Positions 43,343-53,329 of a DNA stretch of 64,000 bases are shown piece after piece. Location: assembly GCA_051599415.1 (NCBI GenBank), contig AP039713.1, positions 62,001-126,000 on the forward strand. The letters run 5' to 3'. Below the pieces are notes generated by a model. It was not told the origin of the DNA, ran no database searches, and worked only from the letters and a program-made list of their open reading frames with translations. The translations under genes and the position numbers were made by a program. The stretch comes from Savitreella phatthalungensis. Taxonomy: Eukaryota. How positions within the stretch are numbered: position 1 is the stretch's first letter; each line of letters starts with the position of its first letter.

Positions 43343-43881
43343 AATTTAAACTCACCTCTCTTTCCTTACGTAGGTACTTACTTTGCTCATGCACTCCACT
43401 CCAAAGCTATATACATATATACACATTTAGCTCCAAATTTAGCCGAACAGTAGAGCGCAGTAGAGTGCACGGGCAGCAAGCTCCTCAATCAATCAAGCAG
43501 GGATATACTGTATACTGCACATTCAAGCCCCAATCTGCACGTCAGTCAGCAGGTCACTTAAGTCGCCTAGTCACGGGGTCTCCAGGTTACGCTTCCATCA
43601 TCACAACAACCTTGAAACCCTAAAGACACTATCGCAGAGTCAATTCAAGCAACTAAGTAGCTCCATTCGCGCGCTTCGATCCAACTAGTTCACGACAGCC
43701 ACGTCGTCCCGGCAGATCAGCACGGGCGACAGAATCATCACGTCCATCTAAGTCCACACCGCGCGCGCTCGATAACAGCACATCGTAGGGCCGCGCTTCT
43801 TTCCCACAATTCTCTTCCTTCCTCCCTCCAAACCTTCGTCTTGCACCTATCTCAAAATCACCCATCTCTCGCTGCGCCGAA

Positions 43882-44658
43882 ATGAAGTACCTCGAGCTGC
43901 GCGAGTTCCAGGTGATCAATTCGCACCTCGTCTTCACTGCAGAAGACTGTCGCATCGTCGGCAAATGTGAACTCTACACAACAAAAGCAGCAGGCTCAGA
44001 CAAGAAGCTCTGCAAGACGATCGAGAAGTCGCTTGAGCAGAAATACGTCGATGTGGTCGACCCTTCCATCAGTAGCAGTGCCAGCACGAGCAATGCGATG
44101 ATGAAGTCACCAGAGTCCCTCCCAACGGGTGGCACCTCCATGGGCTCCTCCACAGGTCGGAGTCTCAGTCTGGCAAAATCGCCGTTCGGACCGTTGACTC
44201 AGTCTGCCAGCAGGCGCACATTCGCATACATCGTCGCCACGCTTAATGCCTCTCACCCTGATCACGATTTCACCAATTTGCGGCCGTTCGACTTCAAGAA
44301 GGAGAGATCGCTTTCGGTGGTGGTAAACGCACTGAACACAACACTGAAGATGCAGGGCCACATCTCGACATCCGGTCTGTGGGAAACGATTGATCGTCAC
44401 ATTGATCTCAACATGTGCGACATTTTCTCCTACCAGCCAGACTCCGACAGCGATCCGTACGGCGAAGATGGGCTCCTCTGGAGCCAGTCGTACTTCTTCT
44501 TCTCTAAAGAGCAAAAGCGCGTCCTATACTTCACCCTCAGAGGCGTCTCCCTCAGAAGTCCACCGCTCAGAGCAGACGACTACGAGAGCGATGCCTCCGA
44601 CGACTACGACGGCGCAAAGAGCGTCTTTCTTGACGACATCGACGACATGGAGCTGTAA
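43882..44658 (+). CDS. MAF1: RNA polymerase III repressor Maf1
   Basis: MKYLE, ELYTTKAAGSDKKL, SPFGPL..SRRTFAYIVATLNASHPDHDF and LWSQSYFFFSKEQKRV. Confidence 0.97.
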   Translation: MKYLELREFQVINSHLVFTAEDCRIVGKCELYTTKAAGSDKKLCKTIEKSLEQKYVDVVDPSISSSASTSNAMMKSPESLPTGGTSMGSSTGRSLSLAKSPFGPLTQSASRRTFAYIVATLNASHPDHDFTNLRPFDFKKERSLSVVVNALNTTLKMQGHISTSGLWETIDRHIDLNMCDIFSYQPDSDSDPYGEDGLLWSQSYFFFSKEQKRVLYFTLRGVSLRSPPLRADDYESDASDDYDGAKSVFLDDIDDMEL

Positions 44659-45234
44659 CAGACCTGGCCACTCCTGCCCCTCGAGCCTCGTCATCTCATT
44701 CTCCTGTAGATCTACTTGACTTGTTCAAGGGAGAGTCGTACCTCCAACTGAGCAGCTTACCATTCAGAGATATTTTGTACGTAATCCAATCGACCGCGAG
44801 TCAAGCCAGAGTATATCAGAGCAGGATAGTAGACTTGCCTTTGAGGATTGTCTGGACGAAGAGGGGTTGTTGTGTCGTGCATTAGCGCGTCAGAACACGT
44901 GAATTATGATTGAACACAATTAACAGCTGAGCTGAATTCAGACGTCACTCGATTTACTGCTTTGTACTACCTAGTACAGTACTCCACTGCAACATATCAA
45001 CACACACACACCACATGCACCATCCAGATAACCTCTACATCAACAGCAACGTCATAGTCACTAGAAGTCACATCACAGACTCATTCTGAAGAGCATCTAG
45101 TTCTGTCTGCGGCCAACTTGCTCTGCGACGCGTATAGATCATACTGCCACTGTTGCGGATGAATTACAGGTCGCCATGGTCATCAGTCTGAGCAAACCTC
45201 GTCGCCTCTTCTGACCGAGACATACCCGGCGGCT

Positions 45235-47607
45235 ATGTCGAATCAGTCTCAGAGCACATACGCAGTCCCTGTGAGCGTCAAAGCTTCAGGAGATCCAGTC
45301 AAGGCTACAGAAACTGCTGAACCCACTGCGTCACTAGCAGATGCAGCTTCCTCAAAGACACAAGCCGGTACACATTCCATGAACCTGTCCGCTCTAGCGC
45401 ATCCACCTGCCATCCCTTCGAGAAGTAACAGACGACCTGTCTCTGCACAATTTCTACGGGCACAGCAGACCTTCACATCGCCGTCTCGAGCGGACCCACC
45501 GGCAGCAGCTCCAGCAGCTCCGAAATCACCCACAAAGAGATCCGATGCTTTACAGATGTCGCCCTCACGACCAGCCGAAAAACCGTCTGAGAAGATCGCT
45601 TCGCCAGAAATCGCAGCTTTGCCAGGCGCATTTCCATCAGATACAGCACATGTGGCCGAGGCCAGCAGAGAAGAATCTCGAGCGGCTATTCCTGACTCTG
45701 AACCTGCTCCGCTACGAGCCTCCGCTGCTGAAGATGCAGGCGACTCCCGCATCGCATCGCTCAATACCAAGCTCGTTGCAGCGATCGAGCGACAAGCAGA
45801 GCTAGAGCATCTCGCAGCAACGGCATCATCTGAGGCATCCCGACTTCGCGCTTCACTAGCCTCAGAGACAGCCGCGCGCTCGTCCGCCGAACGCGCTCGC
45901 GGAGAGATGGAGCGCGAACTCGAAGATCTCACACGATCTTTATTCGAAGAGGCCAACGGCATGGTGTACAAGAAGAATGCCGAAAACGCAGAACTCCAGC
46001 AGCGTATCGAGACACTCGAGCAGCGTCGCCGGAATGATGCAGATCTACTCGACTCACACAAAATGCAGCTAGACGAGCTCAAAAGGGTTCTCCAGCGTAT
46101 GCAGGACCACGAAGACCGACGTCACTCTCGCAAAGAGTCTGGCAATGGAAGTGCAGCTGCCTCCACAAGTCGGACGAACTCCCCGAGACCGGTCTCGCGA
46201 GCCGGCGACAGGGCGCGCAATAGGCTGTCGCGAGATGCTACAGGCAATCACTTCTCTTTCGCCTCAGGGATGGCGTCTATGAGTCTGAACAATCGACCTG
46301 CCACGCCGACGATCGCGCACCCTTCACCACTCACGACTCAGGACGAATTTGGGCAGCCCAGTGAAGGAGCCACATCGACCGCTCCTGCGAAGGACGACGA
46401 CGAAGACAAGGAGGAAGAATTCGTCAGCGCAGACGAGAAGGGCGCCTCGTCCGAAGATGACTCCGGATCGCTGACAACACCCGTCCCAGCTAGCAATTAT
46501 GACGCTCACGATGACGACGTACACTACCTTCCCAGAACAGATACACCCGCATTCTACGAGTTTCTCGCACTCCTACAAGTCGGTCAGCAGGCGTCTTCCG
46601 CCCAGCAACCGCCCGGATCAAACACGTCATCTCAACTAGCGTCGATTCCGGCAAACGCGAGCCACCTGGCGCAGTCATCGAACCCAATCTATCGACCGCA
46701 TGTGGCGCGCAAGGGCAGCAATCTCAGTATCAACACAGAGCTTGCGGCTGCAAACGCTTCTTCGGGCATGCACTCTGCCGGCGGCACAGGTGGCTCGACC
46801 GCATCCCGTCCACAATCTCCGGCGGTCCAGTCGTCCGGCGGCTTCCTGAGCGACTATTTCTCCAGAGACTCTCAGAATGTCGGGCCGACATCGACGACGA
46901 CCGGTCCCACCAACCCTGCTGGCACGCACGTTCCTGGTCATGCTCGTCAGCTAAGCATCACGTCACTCCGGGACTCAAAATTCCTAAAACGATGCATCTC
47001 CGAGGACATCGAGCCTGTGCTGCGTCTTGACCTCTCGCCTGAGCTCGGGTATCTCGGTCGGCGAGCGGTCCTGAACGCCGTCATCGACGGCTCGCTCGTC
47101 GTCGAGCCGCAACCAGCGTCCCTTGCACGCTATCGGCCGGAACGCACAACGGCATGCTCACTCTGCGGCGAGCGCAGACAGGATCCCGCCTCTCCCGCGA
47201 CCGCATCAACCACGCTCTCGATCGATGCACTCACCCTCCGGCGCGAACGACACACACGAATGAGGACGTCCGACAAACAGGACGCGACGGCGTATGCACT
47301 CTGTGGATTCTGCAGCCACCGCGTCCGCACGACCTGCGCCTTCATCGCCTTCCTCCGCAACCTTCACCGCGGCCTGTACCCGCTCTCTCACGCGCCCGCC
47401 GGCGAAGGCAAAGATGCCGCTGGCGACTGGCTGGTGAGTGACGGTGTCGACCGGGCTTGGCGTGAGACCGTTCGATTGCGAAAAGAGATGTTCCTAGCTA
47501 GAGTGGGTGTGGTCGATCCCTCATCCACCCTGAAAGACGACCCCAACAGAAGACCCTCCCTGTACCACCAACCCCAAACACAAAACGACGAGAACGTGCA
47601 GACTTAA
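45235..47607 (+). CDS. SEC2: Rab GEF Sec2 family
   Basis: MERELEDLTRSLFEEANGMV, FLKRCISEDIEPVLRLD, CSLCGE and YALCGFCSHRVRTTC. Confidence 0.9.
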   Translation: MSNQSQSTYAVPVSVKASGDPVKATETAEPTASLADAASSKTQAGTHSMNLSALAHPPAIPSRSNRRPVSAQFLRAQQTFTSPSRADPPAAAPAAPKSPTKRSDALQMSPSRPAEKPSEKIASPEIAALPGAFPSDTAHVAEASREESRAAIPDSEPAPLRASAAEDAGDSRIASLNTKLVAAIERQAELEHLAATASSEASRLRASLASETAARSSAERARGEMERELEDLTRSLFEEANGMVYKKNAENAELQQRIETLEQRRRNDADLLDSHKMQLDELKRVLQRMQDHEDRRHSRKESGNGSAAASTSRTNSPRPVSRAGDRARNRLSRDATGNHFSFASGMASMSLNNRPATPTIAHPSPLTTQDEFGQPSEGATSTAPAKDDDEDKEEEFVSADEKGASSEDDSGSLTTPVPASNYDAHDDDVHYLPRTDTPAFYEFLALLQVGQQASSAQQPPGSNTSSQLASIPANASHLAQSSNPIYRPHVARKGSNLSINTELAAANASSGMHSAGGTGGSTASRPQSPAVQSSGGFLSDYFSRDSQNVGPTSTTTGPTNPAGTHVPGHARQLSITSLRDSKFLKRCISEDIEPVLRLDLSPELGYLGRRAVLNAVIDGSLVVEPQPASLARYRPERTTACSLCGERRQDPASPATASTTLSIDALTLRRERHTRMRTSDKQDATAYALCGFCSHRVRTTCAFIAFLRNLHRGLYPLSHAPAGEGKDAAGDWLVSDGVDRAWRETVRLRKEMFLARVGVVDPSSTLKDDPNRRPSLYHQPQTQNDENVQT

Positions 47608-47631
47608 GATTTAAGCGTACTACAAGACCTT

Positions 47632-49317
47632 TCAATCTGAACTACCAAGCAGCGACAGCAGTCCCAATCCGATCACCACCACACCCAAGCACGAACCCAA
47701 TGCAGTCACACGCGACACTGACAGCTCGACTGCCGATTTGCTGTGGGTATTGCGCTGTGGCTGTGTCGGAGGTCCGTGATCAGCCTCCTTGGCTTGATCG
47801 TTGTCGTTGTCATTGTCGTCCTCTTTGATGTTCTTACGGTTTCGTAGACCGTCGTGTCGTTGTCGTAGCTCCGCCTCCAACTGAGCAATCCGAGCATCCT
47901 TTGTCTCTACCAGGGTCTCCAACTCGCGCACTCGCGCCTTGAGCGACTCGACCTCCGCACCAATCTCCTTGTCCTGAGCGGCAGGCGTATGTCCCACATC
48001 GTTCGTCAGCGTCACCACCGACGCGTTCTCATCGAAATCAAAGGCACTCCTGTTGCCAACATCCTCATCGTCGTCATCGTCGTCATGGTCATCATCGTTT
48101 TCGTTCGTTTCATCGTGGTCTGTTTGGGTGTGTGCGTGGATGGGGCTGCGTGAGGGTGACTTGTCCGTGTGGGATGTGTCGAGTGAGAGATCGTTGGTGG
48201 CGGATGAGGTTGTGGAGGCTAGGAGTGATCGCCACTGCTGCTCAGCGACCTCCCTCGCTGCGCGCTCGTCCGCGATCTGAGCATCCAAGGCTTCGGCCCT
48301 GGCCCGATGCTCGTCTGCCTGCTGCCTAGCGAGCGTCAGCTCGTCCGACGACGATCTCACCGACAACAAGGACGAACTACCGTACCCAGACCGCGTCGTT
48401 CCAGATCCAATCCGCTCAAACGCATCAGACGCACCACGCAGATCATCAGCCTGACGACGAGACAGACGCAAGTCAGAAGTCAGCTTCCGAACCACCATCT
48501 CCACAGTCACCGTATTAGATCTCCCAACCGTCGACACACCACTGTTGTTGCTTGTCGTGCCGTCGTAGCCAAGGTCGTACCCGGTCACGGTGTTTGACCG
48601 GCCATTATGGGGTCCGGCCTGTAGGTTTTTGAGCGGTCGACCGTTGATGGCGGGGCGGTGGGTGTTTGCTGTGGCTGAGGGGATGCCTGCGTGCTCTACA
48701 CGAGCAGACACCTTTCGGTGGATGATGGCGCCGGAGTCGTCGTCGAGGATATCGATTCCCAAATCGAGTGAGTCGCCAGCACACAGCTCACGCGGCTCAG
48801 ACTCCTCGTTCTCCTTCGACAGACGGATCCCGTTGATGAACGTCCCGTTAGAAGATCTGATGTCCTTGATAAACACCCGACCACTCCCACCACCATCACA
48901 CCAGAGCTCAGCGTGCGCACGCGACAAAACTTTCGAGTCAAAGTACGCGTTCTCTGGACCAGGGCATGTCGACTTGTTCGTCTGCCGGCCCACACGCACA
49001 ACTTCCGGCAGGGGCGACAGCGTGATGCATTTCGGCTCAAACGTCTCATTCAGCGGCACCAGGATGATGCATGGCGTCTTGTCAGAAGGTGATGACGAGG
49101 ATGAGGATCCATGAGATGCAGAGGATAATCCATAGGAGTTGGTGTACCCACCGCCGTTTGCGTGCGAGTTGGTGCCGAACGAGCGAGAGCCTGACGGGGT
49201 AGGACGTGGCAGGCGATTGCCGTATGAGCCATTCAAGGAGCTCGATGAGGTAGAGCCTTGCGATTGTGAGCTGGAAGATAACTGTCTGCGCTTTGCGCCT
49301 GGGCCTGACGAACTCAT
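47632..49317 (-). CDS. Tail-anchored FHA/coiled-coil STRIPAK subunit (Far10/Vps64/SLMAP)
   Basis: FHA motifs GRQTN..NAYFDSKVLSRAHAE..IKDIRSSNGTFING, coiled coils and a C-terminal TM helix. Confidence 0.88.
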   Translation of the reverse strand: MSSSGPGAKRRQLSSSSQSQGSTSSSSLNGSYGNRLPRPTPSGSRSFGTNSHANGGGYTNSYGLSSASHGSSSSSSPSDKTPCIILVPLNETFEPKCITLSPLPEVVRVGRQTNKSTCPGPENAYFDSKVLSRAHAELWCDGGGSGRVFIKDIRSSNGTFINGIRLSKENEESEPRELCAGDSLDLGIDILDDDSGAIIHRKVSARVEHAGIPSATANTHRPAINGRPLKNLQAGPHNGRSNTVTGYDLGYDGTTSNNSGVSTVGRSNTVTVEMVVRKLTSDLRLSRRQADDLRGASDAFERIGSGTTRSGYGSSSLLSVRSSSDELTLARQQADEHRARAEALDAQIADERAAREVAEQQWRSLLASTTSSATNDLSLDTSHTDKSPSRSPIHAHTQTDHDETNENDDDHDDDDDDEDVGNRSAFDFDENASVVTLTNDVGHTPAAQDKEIGAEVESLKARVRELETLVETKDARIAQLEAELRQRHDGLRNRKNIKEDDNDNDNDQAKEADHGPPTQPQRNTHSKSAVELSVSRVTALGSCLGVVVIGLGLLSLLGSSD

Positions 49318-49790
49318 CTCGGCTTACCGGAAGAGAGCGAGTAAATGGCTGAGCGTGAGTGTGAGCGTGTGCCTGTGCAGAAGACCCGGTGGTATGTGAA
49401 TGGGTGCTCAGATGGGCGCGCGCTGGCCTTCTGACTTCCTTTTCGATGGAACGAAAGCGTCGTGACTGGCGTCAGGCACTTCTGTTACCTTCAAGCTGCT
49501 AGTGACTCCACAGAGAAGGCTTAGGACGAGGATATGAAGTCTTTGTAGGATGACAGGACGTTCTTGTAGACAGAGCAGGAGGATGTTGTGCTTTGAAGAG
49601 TGACGTGCATTCTTCCAGCAGTTCAATCACGTGACACAATGTACAACCTTGCACAAAAGAAAGAAGACGACGACGACGAAGACGACAACCTTCCTTCTCT
49701 TCCTCAGTCACTGTTCCAAGGACAGCTTCTCAAGCAAGCTACTCTAGCTCTTCATCTCTACAGTCGGCAAGGCCTTCACACTCAGCAGAA

Positions 49791-50204
49791 ATGCCACCGA
49801 TGCCAGCACAACAACAACGCCCTGGCGCACAGGGTCCATCTAATCTCGACAAGATGACCGTACGTTCTGTCCTTCTGCCTCTCTCGATTTCTCTGTGACA
49901 TCTACTGACGTCTTTTTTCTTCTGACAGATGGGTCTGATGATGGGTACAGCAGTAGGATGCTGTGTTGGTGTCCTGTTTGGTGGATTCAATGCACTCCGG
50001 TACGGTCCGGGGCCTGATGGATTTCTGCGTTACATTGGCAAGAACATGGCTGCTAGCGCTGCGATGTTTGGCGGATTCATGTCAATTGGCAGTGTCATCC
50101 GTACCGAGGGTTCTGCGACGCGCTCTCCTACAATCAAGCGCGTCATGTGGGAACAACAGCAAAAGGAGGGGGAGATTTCGAGAACATCTCGCCTGAGAGC
50201 ATGA
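49791..50204 (+). CDS. MGR2: Mitochondrial TIM23 subunit Mgr2/Romo1; exons 49791-49859 and 49929-50204
   Basis: [35 protein letters not shown] across a 69-nt GTACGT..TACTGAC..CAG intron. Confidence 0.93.
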
Positions 50205-50355
50205 GCACAGATCTCGAAGCTCTCCCACCTGACTCACGCAACGCAAAAGCTTATATGATGTACGACCGTTTTTTACCCCCCTATTACCCCCTGTCCTCTC
50301 ACTCCTCGTCTTCGTGGTTCACTTGCTCCGAATCCCGTGCAGCAGAGCGCCCATC

Positions 50356-52350
50356 TCAATCGCTATCTGAATCCGACTGCCCTACATCCTCCTTCGGCAG
50401 CCCACGATCGAGCATTCCCCAGATGATATCAGAGGGCGTTGAGGCTGTGCGAGCGAAACTGACGCCCTGTCCGTTGCGCGTGTACGACGTTCTTGCTGGT
50501 CTGCCCCTTGGCCGTTTGTGGAGGTTTCGTGAGTGTGACTGGGATTGAGACTGCTGATCGGACGGCTGGTGGAAATCTTGGTCATCGTCCTCATCTCCGT
50601 CGCCGCTCACGGTCATCCAAGACCGCCCCTGAGCATTCGACGGTCCTTCGTCTGTGAAATCTGGATTGATCGATCTGCTTGAGCTCGGTCCGCCACGAAC
50701 GTGACCATGATCATCATCGTCCCCACCTTCATCCTCCCGCCCTCCATCACCATCGATTTGGCCTCCTTGATCGTCCGTCGTGTCGTCAGGCGGCAGTCCC
50801 AACGCGTACCGCCACGGCTGATCGCCCATGCGCGCGCCAGCTCGCCAGTGACGACCGCGCGTGGGACTGCCCTGGGGCCCGCGCTTGGTACCGCGTGCGT
50901 AGCCTTCGTACTTTGGGTCTGCGTCGTACATGGAGATGGTTGTTGGGAGGTGGAGGACGCAAGGTGTTGTGTCGTGGGGTAGGTCTGTGATTACGCTGCC
51001 TGCGTCCCCGCTTGCGCCTTCCCTGTGCGGCCTGCAGTCTGCCACCTTCCTGAGCCAGTAAGCGATGTTGTGCGGCTGCCAGAAGTTGTACCCGAGCGAG
51101 GACATGTAGTACGTCGTCACACCAGCCAGCAGCGCGGCCGCGGCAGACGTCCCAGTCACCGCAACCTCCTCCCCCTCCCTGTCGCGGTTGTAAGCGTTCG
51201 GGATCCCCTTCAGCGCTATCTCAATCGCTCGCGCACTAGGTCGGATCGTCAGCACATTCACCCCCGGCGCAAGCGTCGTCACACAGCTCCCACGGCCGGA
51301 AGATTGCCAGAAGGTGTCTGAGATATCAATCGCCGCAGCCACAAACACGTTCCGTGAGGATCCAGGCGAGTTTCCCGTACACACGTCCTGTGCGTGGTTG
51401 CCTGCGGAGGTGACGACGGGCGTGATGAATCCTGTCTCCCTCGATGGAATGGGCGACTCTGCGAGTTCTGAGAATGCAAGATCGAGTGCTGCGATCTGGG
51501 TGTTTGGTGATGGACTTGCTGCAAAGAGGGTGACTGCCCTCCGACGTCGGGTCCCAGTCTTCTCCTGGCTGACGATCCTAGCCAGACCGTCGAGGACGTT
51601 ACTGGCGAGTCCCTTCAACTCGCTGTCGAGCACCCTGATCGAGACGACAGACACCTGCCTGGCGATACCGACGCGCTTGCCGGCGATGAGACTGGCGATC
51701 TGTGTGCCGTGACCGTTGACGTCACAGTCGTCGTAAATCGCCCTCGAGTTCTCCATCAGGACCGACCTGATGCCGTCCTTGGCGAAATCCTTGTCCGGGC
51801 CGCAGGCGCAGTTGGACCAGACGCCTTGGAGTGAGCATGAGATGCCAGAGTCCATGACGTAGACCGTGGTCACAAGCCTCGGCCGCCGATCGATGTACTC
51901 GTACACCTTCCCGGCATCCACGTCATCCCCAAACGACCGCACCGCCATCTGCCCACGGTGCTGCAGCCGGTACAGGTGCCAGGGAGCGTCCCCGTGCCGC
52001 TCCGGCACAGGAGGACTCACCTGTCTGCCCCTAAGCCCGTCCCCGTACACATACCCGTCACGCTCGACCGTCACGCCACGCGTCATCGACATCGCTCGCA
52101 CCACCGCCCTCGGCGTGTTGCTGAACAGGTGTCCGACGTTGACAAACATCCACGTGTGCGGCAGTGCGTTGTAGCGGTCGGGGAAGGTCGGGTGGAGGAG
52201 TTGTCTGAGGGGGAGGACGGAGGTGGAGGAGATGAGGAAGCCAGGCTGGATGTTGTGGTACAGAGGTAGTTGAGCAAATAACTCGTCGTCGTCGGAGCCA
52301 GTCTCTACTGCCGCAACACCGATCGCCACCAAGACCCAGACCCACTGCAT
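50356..52350 (-). CDS. Secreted subtilisin-like (S8) serine protease with long disordered C-terminal tail
   Basis: Signal peptide, catalytic triad VYVMDSGI / NGHGTQIASLIAG / TGTSAAA, oxyanion SAGN. ATG (MQWVW) at 52350. Confidence 0.85.
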   Translation of the reverse strand: MQWVWVLVAIGVAAVETGSDDDELFAQLPLYHNIQPGFLISSTSVLPLRQLLHPTFPDRYNALPHTWMFVNVGHLFSNTPRAVVRAMSMTRGVTVERDGYVYGDGLRGRQVSPPVPERHGDAPWHLYRLQHRGQMAVRSFGDDVDAGKVYEYIDRRPRLVTTVYVMDSGISCSLQGVWSNCACGPDKDFAKDGIRSVLMENSRAIYDDCDVNGHGTQIASLIAGKRVGIARQVSVVSIRVLDSELKGLASNVLDGLARIVSQEKTGTRRRRAVTLFAASPSPNTQIAALDLAFSELAESPIPSRETGFITPVVTSAGNHAQDVCTGNSPGSSRNVFVAAAIDISDTFWQSSGRGSCVTTLAPGVNVLTIRPSARAIEIALKGIPNAYNRDREGEEVAVTGTSAAAALLAGVTTYYMSSLGYNFWQPHNIAYWLRKVADCRPHREGASGDAGSVITDLPHDTTPCVLHLPTTISMYDADPKYEGYARGTKRGPQGSPTRGRHWRAGARMGDQPWRYALGLPPDDTTDDQGGQIDGDGGREDEGGDDDDHGHVRGGPSSSRSINPDFTDEGPSNAQGRSWMTVSGDGDEDDDQDFHQPSDQQSQSQSHSRNLHKRPRGRPARTSYTRNGQGVSFARTASTPSDIIWGMLDRGLPKEDVGQSDSDSD

Positions 52351-53329
52351 TCCTCTCAATCACTCACTCAATCACTCACTCGCTCACTCACTCACTTTCG
52401 CACAGAGTGTCACTTGGATCCGGGTACGGGAGGGGGACACGTCGATGACTATGTAGACAGCGACGGTGGTCATCACACCCCGATCGTGATCAGACACCTC
52501 TCACTTTCCCCCCACGACCCGCACTTCGCCAAGGTAAGCAGCATGGCATCACACAGAGCTGTCACACGGCTAGGTCAGATGGGAGGACGGGATTTCCGAG
52601 GGGTGGGACCATGTCGAGCGAGGTCACTCGAGAGAGGCCCGAGAGTGGATCCCTAAAGAGATAACTCCGGAGGATTGGTACAGACGCGTGACCGATGTAA
52701 GGTCAGTTGATAGATCAGGTGGTCAACTCAGAGCCTGCGTGACACCGACTCCATCTCCGTGGTGTATTGGAAGTGCACTCAACAAAAGGTCACTTCACAC
52801 GAGATGTCCCTCTCCCAAGACCCAGTGAGTGCTTGTACCCCGGAGTTGCGACCCATCAGACCCATGGGGGTGTCATCGATCGAGCGTACGGGAGATGCCG
52901 ATGTGCTAGGGATGACTGTCAAAGTCTGTAAACTGCGTAGACCGATCCTCTCCAGCGGGAAATGATGTCGTATTTGGTGAGATAGCTGTATGATGTGTGT
53001 AGATGTGTGTACGTACATGTGATTGGTGGTTGACTCCCGTATGAGATCTCTCTCTTCATCTCGGGTTAGTAGATTAAACTTTTACAGTTGTGACAGGTCG
53101 TACAGAATTAGATTACGGCTTGATTGATAATGTTTCCGATTGATTTCTGGAGTTTCAGAATTCTTCCAAATAGAGTGGATACCCCACATTCGTTCCGATG
53201 ATTGCGTTTCACGTAGATGAGGTAGTAATGGGACTCTTCCACCGTAGCCTCGACAACAGTATAAGAGGAGCGTGAGTTCCCCGGGGGTAAACGCATTCTC
53301 ATCTTGGGAGAAAAGATCTACTTTCAAGG

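Noticed and set aside
52400..53320. Possible MITE between the subtilisin and thioesterase genes
   Set aside because: No terminal inverted repeats or target-site duplication could be identified.
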